DNA from: Candidatus Eiseniibacteriota bacterium
GTDB lineage: Bacteria > Eisenbacteria > RBG-16-71-46 > CAIMUX01 > JAHJDP01
Direction of reading: 5' to 3'
Assembly (NCBI GenBank): GCA_018831195.1
Contig: JAHJDP010000032.1
Coordinates: 159,094-223,093 of the forward strand
DNA length: 64,000 nucleotides
In this document: positions 55,679 through 64,000 of the stretch, piece after piece
Layout: every line of letters begins with the position of its first letter
How positions within the stretch are numbered: position 1 is the first letter of the stretch
Notes under the pieces: generated by a model
Database searches by the model: none
What the model was told of the DNA's origin: nothing
Seen by the model: only the letters and a program-made list of their open reading frames with translations
Made by a program: the position numbers and the translations under genes

Positions 55679-57232
55679 GTGAGGCGCGGGAAGATTGCTC
55701 ATTCGAACCGGGTATGGGCATGGGCACTCCTACTTTTAATGGCTCTGGGTCTCCGGGTGGCGGGTCTTGGAAGACAATCCCTATGGATCGATGAAGCCTA
55801 CTCTGTGAAGTATGCGCATCTGGGTGGATCGCTGACCTGGGATGACTATTTGGATAACCTGCATGGGCCCCTGCATACCATACTCTTGCACAATTGGTGC
55901 ACTATCGCCGGGGATGGAGAGGCCGCGTTGAGGTGGCCGAGTGTCATGGCCTCAGTTCTAACACTGCCGTTCTTCTGGCGCCTGACACGCCGCCTCATAG
56001 GAGCTAGGGGGGCCTGGGCCGCAACGGCGGCCATAGCGGTTTCTCCCTTTTCCATCTGGTATGCGCAGGAAGTGCGCAATTACAGCCTCTTTCTTCTGAT
56101 GGCCTGTGTTGCCTTGTTGGCATGGTTTCGATCTCTGGATGGGCCGGGGCATATCGGGCGGTGGATTCTGCATGTCCTCCTTCTCTTCGGTGCCTTTCTT
56201 TCCAATCTAGCCAGTCTCTTTATTATCCCGGTGCAACTCATTTGGTTGATTGGACGCCGCCGTTCACACTGGGTGAGCACGCTCTCAGCTTGGGCCGCCG
56301 TGATGCTGCTACTGCTTCCTTGGGAGATTCGTTTCTATAATTACCGGGTTGTCCCCTCCGGCTTGTTGGACAAAACAAAGACGGTCGAGTTGGCCCCGGC
56401 GCGGGAAGAAACATGGGCGAGTTCCTGGAGTATCCCTTTTACCTATTATGCTTTTGCCGGCGGTTATACATTAGGCCCTCCGCTTGAAGAACTGCATGAA
56501 GACCGGATCGGCGCCCTCAAGCATCATATGCCGCTGTTGATAGCGGCCGCCCTTCTTTTTGCGGGCCTTATCGGATGGGGGGTTGTCGGCCGCCGTGAAC
56601 CGAATCGCAAGCAGCGACTTCGCCTCTTAGCCTGGTTGCTCATACCTCCGCTGGGTGTTTGGCTTATTTCTCTTCTCAATCTGAAAGCGATGAATCCTCG
56701 CTACGCTCTGGTCGCCTATCCGGCATTTCTTGTTCTTCTCGCCGCCGGTTGGATAAGCATGAAGCGAAGAGGTGTGCGGATCGCTGCCGCGATCGCAGTG
56801 CTGGCGATCTGGGGATTGTGCTGGGGACGAGTTCAGTGGGATGAAGCCTATGCGAAAGAGGATTACCGTTCCATTTCCGGTTGGATGAGGGAACAGCTTG
56901 ATGCGGAAGTATTATGGATCACCATTGGTGTCGATGACCCGCTGCGGATCTATTACCTTCGTGATTGTTTTAACGGGATGGATTTGAAGGTTGGAACATA
57001 CCGCCGCCTGACATCGTATCCGCCTTCACATTGGGAACGGTTTTGGAATGAGACGGAAGAACTCGCTTCGGAACATCGAAGAATTCTACTCTTTGAATCG
57101 CGGACATGGCACCTTGATCCCGATGGCCGGGGTCCCGGATTGCTAAGAAAATATTGTTCAAATCCGGAGACCATCAACCGCCACGGCATCCGTGTCTTGA
57201 AATGTGAAAGAGGGGAGAACACCGATGACTAG
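55679..57232 (+). CDS. GT-C-fold glycosyltransferase family 39-like (ArnT/PMT-like) membrane protein
   Basis: GTG at 55679 is 9 nt after GGGGGAG. N-terminal multi-TM region with LWIDEAYSVKYA… (the DE motif in the first periplasmic loop), then a large C-terminal soluble domain. Confidence 0.6.
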   Translation: MRRGKIAHSNRVWAWALLLLMALGLRVAGLGRQSLWIDEAYSVKYAHLGGSLTWDDYLDNLHGPLHTILLHNWCTIAGDGEAALRWPSVMASVLTLPFFWRLTRRLIGARGAWAATAAIAVSPFSIWYAQEVRNYSLFLLMACVALLAWFRSLDGPGHIGRWILHVLLLFGAFLSNLASLFIIPVQLIWLIGRRRSHWVSTLSAWAAVMLLLLPWEIRFYNYRVVPSGLLDKTKTVELAPAREETWASSWSIPFTYYAFAGGYTLGPPLEELHEDRIGALKHHMPLLIAAALLFAGLIGWGVVGRREPNRKQRLRLLAWLLIPPLGVWLISLLNLKAMNPRYALVAYPAFLVLLAAGWISMKRRGVRIAAAIAVLAIWGLCWGRVQWDEAYAKEDYRSISGWMREQLDAEVLWITIGVDDPLRIYYLRDCFNGMDLKVGTYRRLTSYPPSHWERFWNETEELASEHRRILLFESRTWHLDPDGRGPGLLRKYCSNPETINRHGIRVLKCERGENTDD

Positions 57233-58367
57233 AGGCCGGGTCGTTCTCTTCTCCAATGCCCCCTATTTTGGCGGGGCCGAAGGGTATTTGGTCTATCTGG
57301 CGCAGGGTTTAAAACCTCTTGGGTGGGACCCGATCGGTCTGGTTCCCGAGGGATCGTGTGGAGCGGTGCTTGCGGGCCGCTTTGAAAAGGCCGGCTTTCC
57401 CGTCGAAAAATTCAATCACCGGCACTGGACATCTCCGGCCGGCGCCTGCGACATCCTCAAAAAGTTAAAGCAGATCGATGGCGAGATATTGCATCTTAAT
57501 CTTCCCTCGCCCTATGAGGCGCTGCGGAATACCGTCGCCTTTTGGGGGCGGCTGGCGGGTTATCGACGCGTTGTCGCAACAGAACACCTTCCGATGTCTT
57601 TGCGGGCCCGGAGGCGGGCCTTGCTCAAAATCCTGCTGGCTCCAGCCATTGATGCCTTTATTATTATGACGCGATCGGGCGCGGAAGATTTGCATCGGAT
57701 TCATGGTATCGGTCAGGATAAAATTGTACGCATTCCATATGGGATTGATCCGGCGCCGGAGGTTGCTCCGGCCGGCCGCCGCGACCTGCTTGAAGGATTG
57801 AAACTTCCACCGGAAACGCGCCTTGTCGGCCATGTCGGCCGTCTTACCGCGCGGAAGGGGCACCGCATTCTGCTGGAGGCGCTGGCACAAGAGAAAGAGA
57901 TGCTTCGGGATCGCCGGACCGCTGTTCTATTCATCGGTGAGGGAGAAGAAGAAGAAAATCTGCGGCGATGCTCCGAGACACTCGTGCTGAATGAGTTTGT
58001 ACATTTTATGGGCCATCGCGAGAATGCCCGGAATCTTATCGGTTTGCTGGATCTTCTCGTGCTACCCTCCTTTGTTGAAACACAGCCCTTTGTCATCCTC
58101 GAGGCCATGGCCGCCGGAATTCCGGTTCTCTCGACGATGGTCTATGGGATTCCCGATATGGTTGTCCACGAGGTCACGGGGCTTCTGGTCGAGCCGGGAG
58201 CGATCGGCCCGCTCGGGGCCGCGCTCAAGCGCCTTCTCCTCGAGGATGAGACCCGAATCAAGATGGGGCGATCCGGTTTGGAACGATTCAATGAGCTTTT
58301 TCGGATGGATAGGATGGCGGAGAAGACGGAGAGGGTCTATGCCGCCCAAAATGGGGTTGGGCTTTGA
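57225..58367 (+). CDS. GT4-family glycosyltransferase
   Basis: GT-B fold with the C-terminal EX7E-type motif region (…FVETQPFVILEAMAAGIPVL…). The ATG at 57225 follows a GGGGAG Shine-Dalgarno and overlaps the upstream stop by 8 nt. Confidence 0.8.
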   Translation: MTRGRVVLFSNAPYFGGAEGYLVYLAQGLKPLGWDPIGLVPEGSCGAVLAGRFEKAGFPVEKFNHRHWTSPAGACDILKKLKQIDGEILHLNLPSPYEALRNTVAFWGRLAGYRRVVATEHLPMSLRARRRALLKILLAPAIDAFIIMTRSGAEDLHRIHGIGQDKIVRIPYGIDPAPEVAPAGRRDLLEGLKLPPETRLVGHVGRLTARKGHRILLEALAQEKEMLRDRRTAVLFIGEGEEEENLRRCSETLVLNEFVHFMGHRENARNLIGLLDLLVLPSFVETQPFVILEAMAAGIPVLSTMVYGIPDMVVHEVTGLLVEPGAIGPLGAALKRLLLEDETRIKMGRSGLERFNELFRMDRMAEKTERVYAAQNGVGL

Positions 58368-59593
58368 ACATATTGCTAATCAACAAGTTCCATTATGCAA
58401 AAGGTGGAGCCGAGCGGTATTACCTCGATATTTCCCGGCTTCTCAGGGAGGCGGGCCACCAGGTTGGGCATCTCTCCATGGCCCATCCGCGCAATGTCCC
58501 TGCCACCGAAGCCGATGCTTTTGTGGAGGAGGTCGATTATCACAAGTCGATGGGTGGGCTGGGTAAGTTGAAGGCGGCCTCCCGGGTTCTTTACAACCGG
58601 GAGAGTGTGAGGCGGGTTCGAGAGCTGGTTAGGGCTCGGAGACCGCATGTAGCCCACCACCAGAATATCTATCACCAGATTTCTTTATCCGTCGTGAGGG
58701 AGTTGGCAAGATGTGATGTTCCTATGGTCATGACATTGCATGACTACAAGCCGGTCTGCCCCGCCTATCTGTTGATGGTAGGGGGGGAGATCTGTGAGCG
58801 GTGCCGGAAGGGCCGTTTCTATCATGCCGCCATGAACACTTGCATCCTCAATTCCAGACCCGCCAGTATCCTGGGCAGCCTGGAGGCTTACCTGCATACT
58901 CTCTGGGGCACTTATGATCAGATCGCCCTCTATCTCTGCCCCAGCCGTTTCCTTGTGGATAAAGTCGGTGAAATGAGCCAAAGGCCGATCAAACTCCGGC
59001 ATCTTCCGAATTTTCTTCCGACCGATGATTTCAAGCCGGTCTACGAGGGTGACCCGGTTGTGGTGTATGCTGGAAGACTGTCGCGTGAAAAAGGACTACC
59101 GACCCTCATTGAGGCCGCGCGGCGGCAGAATGTCGGCCGGGGATGGAAGCTTCGGATTCTGGGTGAGGGCCCGCTTCGCGCGGAGTTAGAGGCAAAGGTC
59201 ACCGAATGGGGCTTGGAGGACGGGATCCGATTTGAAGGATTCTGTTCGGGTGAAGATTTAAAAGAGGTGATTCAAAGCGCCAGCGTGGTGGTGGTTCCAT
59301 CGGAATGGTACGAGAATCAGCCCTATGCCATTCTCGAGGCCTTCGCGCTGGGAAAACCAGTGATCGGAAGTTCCATCGGAGGTATCCCGGAGCTGGTTCG
59401 TGCCGATCGGACAGGATGGACGTTCCCGCCAGGGGATGCTGATGGCCTGGGCATGGCGATGCGCGAGGCTCTGGATCATCCGGAGCAAACCCGCGAAATG
59501 GGGCGGGAGGCGAGACGATTGGTGGAGAAGGATCATAATCCCGCACTGCATATGGAAAGGCTGTTAAACATTTATGAAGAGGTTTCCTCATGA
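58364..59593 (+). CDS. GT4-family glycosyltransferase
   Basis: MNILLINKFHYAKGGAE…SEWYENQPYAILEAFALGKPVI is GT4-like. TTG start overlaps the upstream stop. Confidence 0.8.
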   Translation: MNILLINKFHYAKGGAERYYLDISRLLREAGHQVGHLSMAHPRNVPATEADAFVEEVDYHKSMGGLGKLKAASRVLYNRESVRRVRELVRARRPHVAHHQNIYHQISLSVVRELARCDVPMVMTLHDYKPVCPAYLLMVGGEICERCRKGRFYHAAMNTCILNSRPASILGSLEAYLHTLWGTYDQIALYLCPSRFLVDKVGEMSQRPIKLRHLPNFLPTDDFKPVYEGDPVVVYAGRLSREKGLPTLIEAARRQNVGRGWKLRILGEGPLRAELEAKVTEWGLEDGIRFEGFCSGEDLKEVIQSASVVVVPSEWYENQPYAILEAFALGKPVIGSSIGGIPELVRADRTGWTFPPGDADGLGMAMREALDHPEQTREMGREARRLVEKDHNPALHMERLLNIYEEVSS

Positions 59594-60879
59594 GCCCTCC
59601 TGATGACAGGAAGCACGGGGCCGATTCGGTCCTGGGGGGGCGGCGGCCGCTGAAGATCGCCATGGTGGGGCAGAAGGGTATTCCCGCCACCTATGGCGGT
59701 ATTGAGCGGCATGTCGAGGAAATCGGTATGCGGTTGGTGGAACGAGGGCATGAGGTCACCGTTTTCAGCCGGAACCATTATTCATCTCATACGGGGATGT
59801 ATCGCGGGATCCGCACCATCCGTTTTCCTTCGCTCAACACGAAGCATTTCGACGCGATTTCACATTGCGCGATTGCGACATTGATAACGATGTTTTCGAA
59901 GTATGATATTGTGCATTTTCACGCCCTGGGACCGAGCATTTTCGCGTGGCTGCCCCGGCTCAAAAAAACAAAGACAATTGTCACGGTCCATGGTTTGGAT
60001 TGGCAGCGCGGAAAATGGGGGAAGATGGCCCGGCTTTTTCTTCAGAAATGCGAAGAGCCTGCGGTCAAGTTCCCCAATCGCACTATTGTCGTTTCTAAAA
60101 CACTGCGAAAGTATTTCAAAGAGGAATACAACGCCGAGACATTTTTTATTCCCAATGGAACAAACCCTGGCGCGCAGTTGCCGCCGAACAAGATCAAGAG
60201 GTACAACCTCGACAAGCATCCTTACATTCTCTTTGTAGGGCGGTTGGTGCCTGAGAAGGGTTGCCACTATTTGATCGAGGCCTTCCGGAGACTTGATACT
60301 GATGTCCGTCTTGTCATGGCGGGGGGATCCTCTTTCAGTGACGGCTATGTCGATAGCCTTGAGAGTCTTCGTGACAATGATCCGCGCGTGCAAATGGTCG
60401 GATATGTTTATGGCGAGGTGCTCGATGAACTTTGGACGAATGCCTATTTTGTGGCTTTGCCGTCGATCCTGGAGGGGCAGTCGATTTCACTGATCGAGGC
60501 GTTGAGTTACGGCAAGTGCGTTCTTTTGAGTGATATTCCGGAGAATGTAGAAGTCGTTGAAAATGAGGCGGTGACCTTCCGCAGCCGGGATGTCGAAGAT
60601 CTCCACAAGAAGATGAAGATGTTGCTGGAAAACCCGGAAATGGTGAGCCGGGTGGCAAAGCAATGCGGTCATCTGGCCGAAGATCAATTCAGCTGGTCTC
60701 GAATTGTTGAAGCAACGGAATCCGTATATTACGACGCGGTGAGCGGATCGCCCCCCAAACCGAAGCGGAAGAAAGATGAAGAAAGTCATTCATCGGAAAA
60801 AGAGGATGAGCTGCAAATCATCGAGGGGGGGAAGGAGGAGGATGGGTCCGATCGGCCCCAGCATCGGTCTCATTTCTAG
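59590..60879 (+). CDS. GT4-family glycosyltransferase with a charged C-terminal tail
   Basis: LKIAMVGQKGIPATYGGIERHVEE…PSILEGQSISLIEALSYGKCVL is GT4-like. ATGA overlap with the upstream gene. About 50-aa Lys/Glu-rich tail. Confidence 0.8.
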   Translation: MSPPDDRKHGADSVLGGRRPLKIAMVGQKGIPATYGGIERHVEEIGMRLVERGHEVTVFSRNHYSSHTGMYRGIRTIRFPSLNTKHFDAISHCAIATLITMFSKYDIVHFHALGPSIFAWLPRLKKTKTIVTVHGLDWQRGKWGKMARLFLQKCEEPAVKFPNRTIVVSKTLRKYFKEEYNAETFFIPNGTNPGAQLPPNKIKRYNLDKHPYILFVGRLVPEKGCHYLIEAFRRLDTDVRLVMAGGSSFSDGYVDSLESLRDNDPRVQMVGYVYGEVLDELWTNAYFVALPSILEGQSISLIEALSYGKCVLLSDIPENVEVVENEAVTFRSRDVEDLHKKMKMLLENPEMVSRVAKQCGHLAEDQFSWSRIVEATESVYYDAVSGSPPKPKRKKDEESHSSEKEDELQIIEGGKEEDGSDRPQHRSHF

Positions 60880-60907
60880 CATCCCGCAAGAGACAAGGCC
60901 GCCCCAC

Positions 60908-61171
60908 TTATTTCGGAAGGGGTTTTAACCTCTCCACCTGCTGAATTGTCAAAAATACATCACAAACCGCGCAGTTCATCAGTTTTACAGCGAACGATCC
61001 TTCCACGATACCGCCGCTGAGGGTTCCCGCAATGTCCCAGCAATGCCGCGAACGATCTCCCTTGTCTGAAGAAGGCTCCCATGCGGCCGCGGCAGCGGGG
61101 CAAACACCCAAATCGTCGACCTGAAAACCGCCGGGCTCCCGGCCGCATTTTTTCAACTCCCAACAATTCAT
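60908..61171 (-). CDS. small Cys-rich protein with two CW motifs (two-CW-domain-like)
   Basis: 87 aa read from the ATG at 61171 (preceded by AGGGGAG): MNCWELKKCGREPGG…GVCPAA…RHCWDIAGTLSGGIVEGSFAVKLMNCAVCDVF. Seven Cys, two C-W dipeptides, and a CGREPGG motif. It is the only minus-strand gene inside a 40-kb plus-strand block. Confidence 0.5.
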   Translation of the reverse strand: MNCWELKKCGREPGGFQVDDLGVCPAAAAAWEPSSDKGDRSRHCWDIAGTLSGGIVEGSFAVKLMNCAVCDVFLTIQQVERLKPLPK

Positions 61172-61427
61172 CGTCTCCCCTGTCTTCTTCCCGGTTCTGC
61201 GGCGCCATGCCATCTTGAAATCCAGGGATCTTCTTCGGCATCAAGTGTCTATGGGGGTGGTCGGCATATAGTGCTTCGACCTTGATCCCAATTCAATCCT
61301 CTCTTTTGATCGCAGGGGGGTGGCGGGTGGAAGGGGTCGGCTTCCTGGCACCTATCCTTTTCAGTGACTTGAGGTTTGGGGTTTTGTATTCTGAGACCGG
61401 TTTCAACGTGCTGAGGGAGGAAAACCC
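61172..61427. promoter_or_regulatory. divergent intergenic region between the two-CW ORF and manC
   Basis: 256-bp non-coding gap between divergent starts. A strong GAGGGAGG Shine-Dalgarno precedes the manC GTG. Confidence 0.3.
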
Positions 61428-62513
61428 GTGCCTGAATCTGATCTTGCCGTCTTCATCCTGGCTGGGGGATCCGGAGAGCGTTTCTGGCCCCTAAGCCGCA
61501 AGGTGCGTCCAAAGCAGTTTTTCGCGCTGGGCGGAGAGGATTCTCTCATCCGCCAAGCCTATCGCCGGGCCTTGGCTCTCAATCCAAAGGGCTCTCCCTG
61601 GGTCCTCTCATCGGAAAGCCTTGCCTCGGCCCTTTTGAAGGAGCTGCCCCGCCTCCGCCACGAGAGGGTGATCCAAGAAACAGTGGCAAAGAACACCGGT
61701 CCCGCCATTGCCCTGGGTTGTCATCTCCTGGCCATGGAACATCCCGGAGCCTGCGTTGTCATCCTTCCCTCGGATCATTGGATTCCGGAGCTTGATCTAT
61801 TTCTGACGACGGTCAAGACCGCGATAAGGGTCGCCCGCAGCACGGGTGGGTTGGTCACCCTCGGTATCAAACCCCACCGGGCTGAAACGGGATACGGCTA
61901 TATTGAGCGCGGAACGCCAAAGGGTGATATTCCGACCGCGTACAGCGCCAATGGATTCTATGAGAAACCCGAACTCGCCGATGCGAAGAAATATCTGAAA
62001 TCCGGAATGTATTTCTGGAACAGCGGGATTTTTATCTGGACCGTAACGGCATTCTTGACGGAATTGAAAAGAGTTCAGCCGGATATCTATGATGCGCTGC
62101 CGGCTCAGGAAGAGCTGGAAACTGAATCGAACCGGCGGGCGGCTATCAATAAATATTTTGTAGCAGCGCCCTCGATTTCAGTGGATCAGGGCATCATGGA
62201 GAAGGCGAAAAGTGTCTGGGTCGTGGAGGCGCCTTTTGCCTGGTCGGATTTGGGGACATGGGAAGCCTGGGGCGAAACCCGCCCAGCCGACACCACGCAG
62301 AATCGTACAGATGGAGATGTTATTGTTCAGGATGCAAGCGGCAATATTGTATATTCGGACGAAGAGGGCCGGGTCGCCCTGCTAGGAGTCGACAATCTTG
62401 TTGTGGTGCGCACAAAGGATGTGACCCTGGTCTGTCCCCGGGAGCGGGTACAGGAAATCCGGGAGCTGGTCCGGAGGATGCGGGAGGAGAATCATGAAGA
62501 TCGGTTCTTATAG
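61428..62513 (+). CDS. manC: mannose-1-phosphate guanylyltransferase (nucleotidyltransferase domain only)
   Basis: FILAGGSGERFWPLSR…PKQFF…YGYIERG are ManC/CpsB N-terminal motifs. 361 aa, so it lacks the C-terminal PMI/cupin domain found in bifunctional forms. GTG start. Confidence 0.8.
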   Translation: MPESDLAVFILAGGSGERFWPLSRKVRPKQFFALGGEDSLIRQAYRRALALNPKGSPWVLSSESLASALLKELPRLRHERVIQETVAKNTGPAIALGCHLLAMEHPGACVVILPSDHWIPELDLFLTTVKTAIRVARSTGGLVTLGIKPHRAETGYGYIERGTPKGDIPTAYSANGFYEKPELADAKKYLKSGMYFWNSGIFIWTVTAFLTELKRVQPDIYDALPAQEELETESNRRAAINKYFVAAPSISVDQGIMEKAKSVWVVEAPFAWSDLGTWEAWGETRPADTTQNRTDGDVIVQDASGNIVYSDEEGRVALLGVDNLVVVRTKDVTLVCPRERVQEIRELVRRMREENHEDRFL

Positions 62514-62940
62514 CCTGGTACTATTTTTAACGATGATTCTCGCTTTCGGGTGCGGGAAATCCCGGAAGCAGACGACGCCGGTGGAAGAGGCGCCGGGGCG
62601 GGAACTGCCCTCAGAAGCACCGGATAACCGGGTGCAGCCAGGATTCCCAGAGGCGATGCCGCTGCCGGGTGAAGAGAGCGGCGAAGACGAACCGAATACC
62701 CGGTATGGGTATCGTGTGCAGGTCGCGGCCTTTACCCAGATGGACCCGGCGGAAGCGCGGGCCGCGGAATTGCGGCGCCTCTTTGATGAACCTGTATATA
62801 TTGTCCATGAAGGGTTGTTGTACAAAATCCAGGTTGGTGATTTTGTCAGCCGGGATCGAGCGCAGGAAATTAGGCGTAGAGCCGTCGATTTGGGATTGGA
62901 TGGCGCTTTTGTCATCGACACGATGATTAACAAGCAATGA
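62494..62940 (+). CDS. SPOR-domain lipoprotein
   Basis: Lipobox ILAFGCG. C-terminal SPOR-like repeat (YRVQVAAF…YKIQVGDFVSRDRAQEIRRRAVDLGLDGAFVI). Confidence 0.7.
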   Translation: MKIGSYSLVLFLTMILAFGCGKSRKQTTPVEEAPGRELPSEAPDNRVQPGFPEAMPLPGEESGEDEPNTRYGYRVQVAAFTQMDPAEARAAELRRLFDEPVYIVHEGLLYKIQVGDFVSRDRAQEIRRRAVDLGLDGAFVIDTMINKQ

Positions 62941-63016
62941 TGGAAGAAAATGAATGGAAGTAAAATTGACGGAAGAACCATAAAGAGCGCGGGCTGAATA
63001 GGGAGCGATTCAATCA

Positions 63017-64000
63017 GTGGAATATCGTCTTTTCGAGGATGCGGGCTGGCGGCGTCTTCAACCGTTTACTTGGATGCGCCCCGTCTATGAATTGAGGGTC
63101 GGCGCGTGGACTCTGCGGGAACGCTGGCAACGGCTTCTCGGGCGCGAAAATCTGGGTTTTGCGGCCCGTCCTGATCTCCACGATCTAATCTCAGAGCGGT
63201 ACGGGGAGCGGGCCGGTGAACAGCGGCCGGAGGCCGATCTCATCCTGATCAACGGATGTTGGCTGCCGGAGGCCGATGCCGCATCTCTTGAAAAATCTTT
63301 CGATCTCTTGAAGGCGGGGCAGGGGTACATCGACGATGACCGCATTCTCGCTATCCGGCCGGCGCCCCCGGTCTCACAGAAGGCGCTGGGCGAGATGCAA
63401 GCTATCCTATGTGAAGGGGAACGTCCCAAAGGAATCGATTGGCTTGATTTTCCCAAACGGCAAAAATGTCTCGGTCATTTGTGGGAATTGGTCGGTTGGA
63501 CAGAGGAACTTCTGGAAAGCGATTTGGCGAAGAGATTGGGAACACCCTACGGCGAGGATGTTATTGTTAAAGGAGAGATTGAAGAACCCGATCGGGTTTC
63601 GCTGGGAGCCGGTGTTGTTGTCCGGCGGGGCGCCTTGCTCGACGCCAGTGAAGGTCCGATCGTTCTCGAGGCGGGATGCCGGGTGGCGCCGATGACCTGG
63701 GTCAAGGGACCGGTTTGGGCCGGTCCGGGATGTCTTCTGCTGGGTGAGAGAATCGGCGGCGGTGTGGTGTTGGGGCCCGAATGCCGGGTTCATGGTGAAA
63801 TCGATTCCACTGTTGTCTTGGGTTATTCGAACAAAGCCCATGAAGGTTTTGTCGGGCATTCATACCTCGGTGAGTGGGTGAATTTGGGCGCCCTCACGAC
63901 CACCAGCGATCTTAAGAATAACTACGGCGATGTCCGATTGATGGAGGAAGGGCGTGCGGTTTCATCGGGCCGGATCAAGTTGGGATCTTTTCTTGGAGAT
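63017..64000 (+). CDS. left-handed beta-helix (hexapeptide-repeat) protein, putative sugar nucleotidyltransferase or acyltransferase-like; 3' end outside the window
   Basis: Open frame from the GTG at 63017 (alternative ATG about 19 codons downstream) to the window end. The C-terminal part shows hexapeptide-repeat periodicity (…VVLGPECRVHGEIDSTVVLGYSNKAHEGFVGHSYLGEWVNLGA…). Confidence 0.5.
   Translation, partial: MEYRLFEDAGWRRLQPFTWMRPVYELRVGAWTLRERWQRLLGRENLGFAARPDLHDLISERYGERAGEQRPEADLILINGCWLPEADAASLEKSFDLLKAGQGYIDDDRILAIRPAPPVSQKALGEMQAILCEGERPKGIDWLDFPKRQKCLGHLWELVGWTEELLESDLAKRLGTPYGEDVIVKGEIEEPDRVSLGAGVVVRRGALLDASEGPIVLEAGCRVAPMTWVKGPVWAGPGCLLLGERIGGGVVLGPECRVHGEIDSTVVLGYSNKAHEGFVGHSYLGEWVNLGALTTTSDLKNNYGDVRLMEEGRAVSSGRIKLGSFLGD

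Noticed and set aside
60960-61244. 94-aa minus-strand ORF overlapping the two-CW ORF in another frame
   Set aside because: It is the alternate frame of the same region. The Cys-rich frame has a Shine-Dalgarno and a coherent motif pattern; this one is Arg/Gly-rich and featureless.
1-64000. Search for CRISPR arrays, IS elements or transposases, integrases, and rRNA or tRNA genes
   Set aside because: No direct-repeat/spacer periodicity, no transposase or integrase-like ORFs, and no rRNA- or tRNA-like conserved blocks were seen. The only tandem repeats are the 78-bp intragenic duplication and the short GATAGA tract.

Overview
This is a GC-rich (roughly 60% or more by eye) bacterial chromosomal segment, densely packed with genes that are mostly co-oriented. 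By far most of it is conserved housekeeping. In order: the end of sucC, then sucD and ndk; the yceD-rpmF-plsX-fabH-fabD-fabG-acpP-fabF-rnc lipid-synthesis cluster; an ECF sigma / zinc-finger anti-sigma / HtrA-like envelope module; aroB-aroQ-efp; an accB-[pilT]-accC block; and an lptG-lptF pair diverging from a 2181-aa outer-membrane giant that looks SprA/Sov-like, whose 3' end is overlapped by an M28/glutaminyl-cyclase-like gene. Next come rimP-nusA-infB-DUF503-rbfA-truB-ribF-rpsO-pnp-M16 peptidase-dut. From about 45.7 kb to the window end there is a large exopolysaccharide-type locus. It contains a Wza-like export lipoprotein, a Wzz-like copolymerase, an ExeA-like AAA ATPase, a BY-kinase homologue with a degenerate P-loop, a nucleotidyltransferase-fold hypothetical, an alkaline-phosphatase-superfamily enzyme, a UPF0104 flippase-like membrane protein, a Wzy-like polymerase, a priming sugar transferase, a GT39-like and three GT4 glycosyltransferases, a small Cys-rich 'two-CW'-like ORF on the opposite strand, manC, a SPOR lipoprotein and a partial hexapeptide-repeat protein. 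I found no rRNA, tRNA, CRISPR array or obvious mobile element. Many genes use GTG or TTG starts with good Shine-Dalgarno sequences, and many neighbours overlap as ATGA, GTGA or TAATG, which implies long operons. The gene content (SprA-like giant OMP, FadL/PorV-like barrel, PEP-CTERM-style EPS genes) suggests an FCB-group or candidate-phylum bacterium, but that is inference only. Product and family names come from motifs I can read in the translations, not from database searches.
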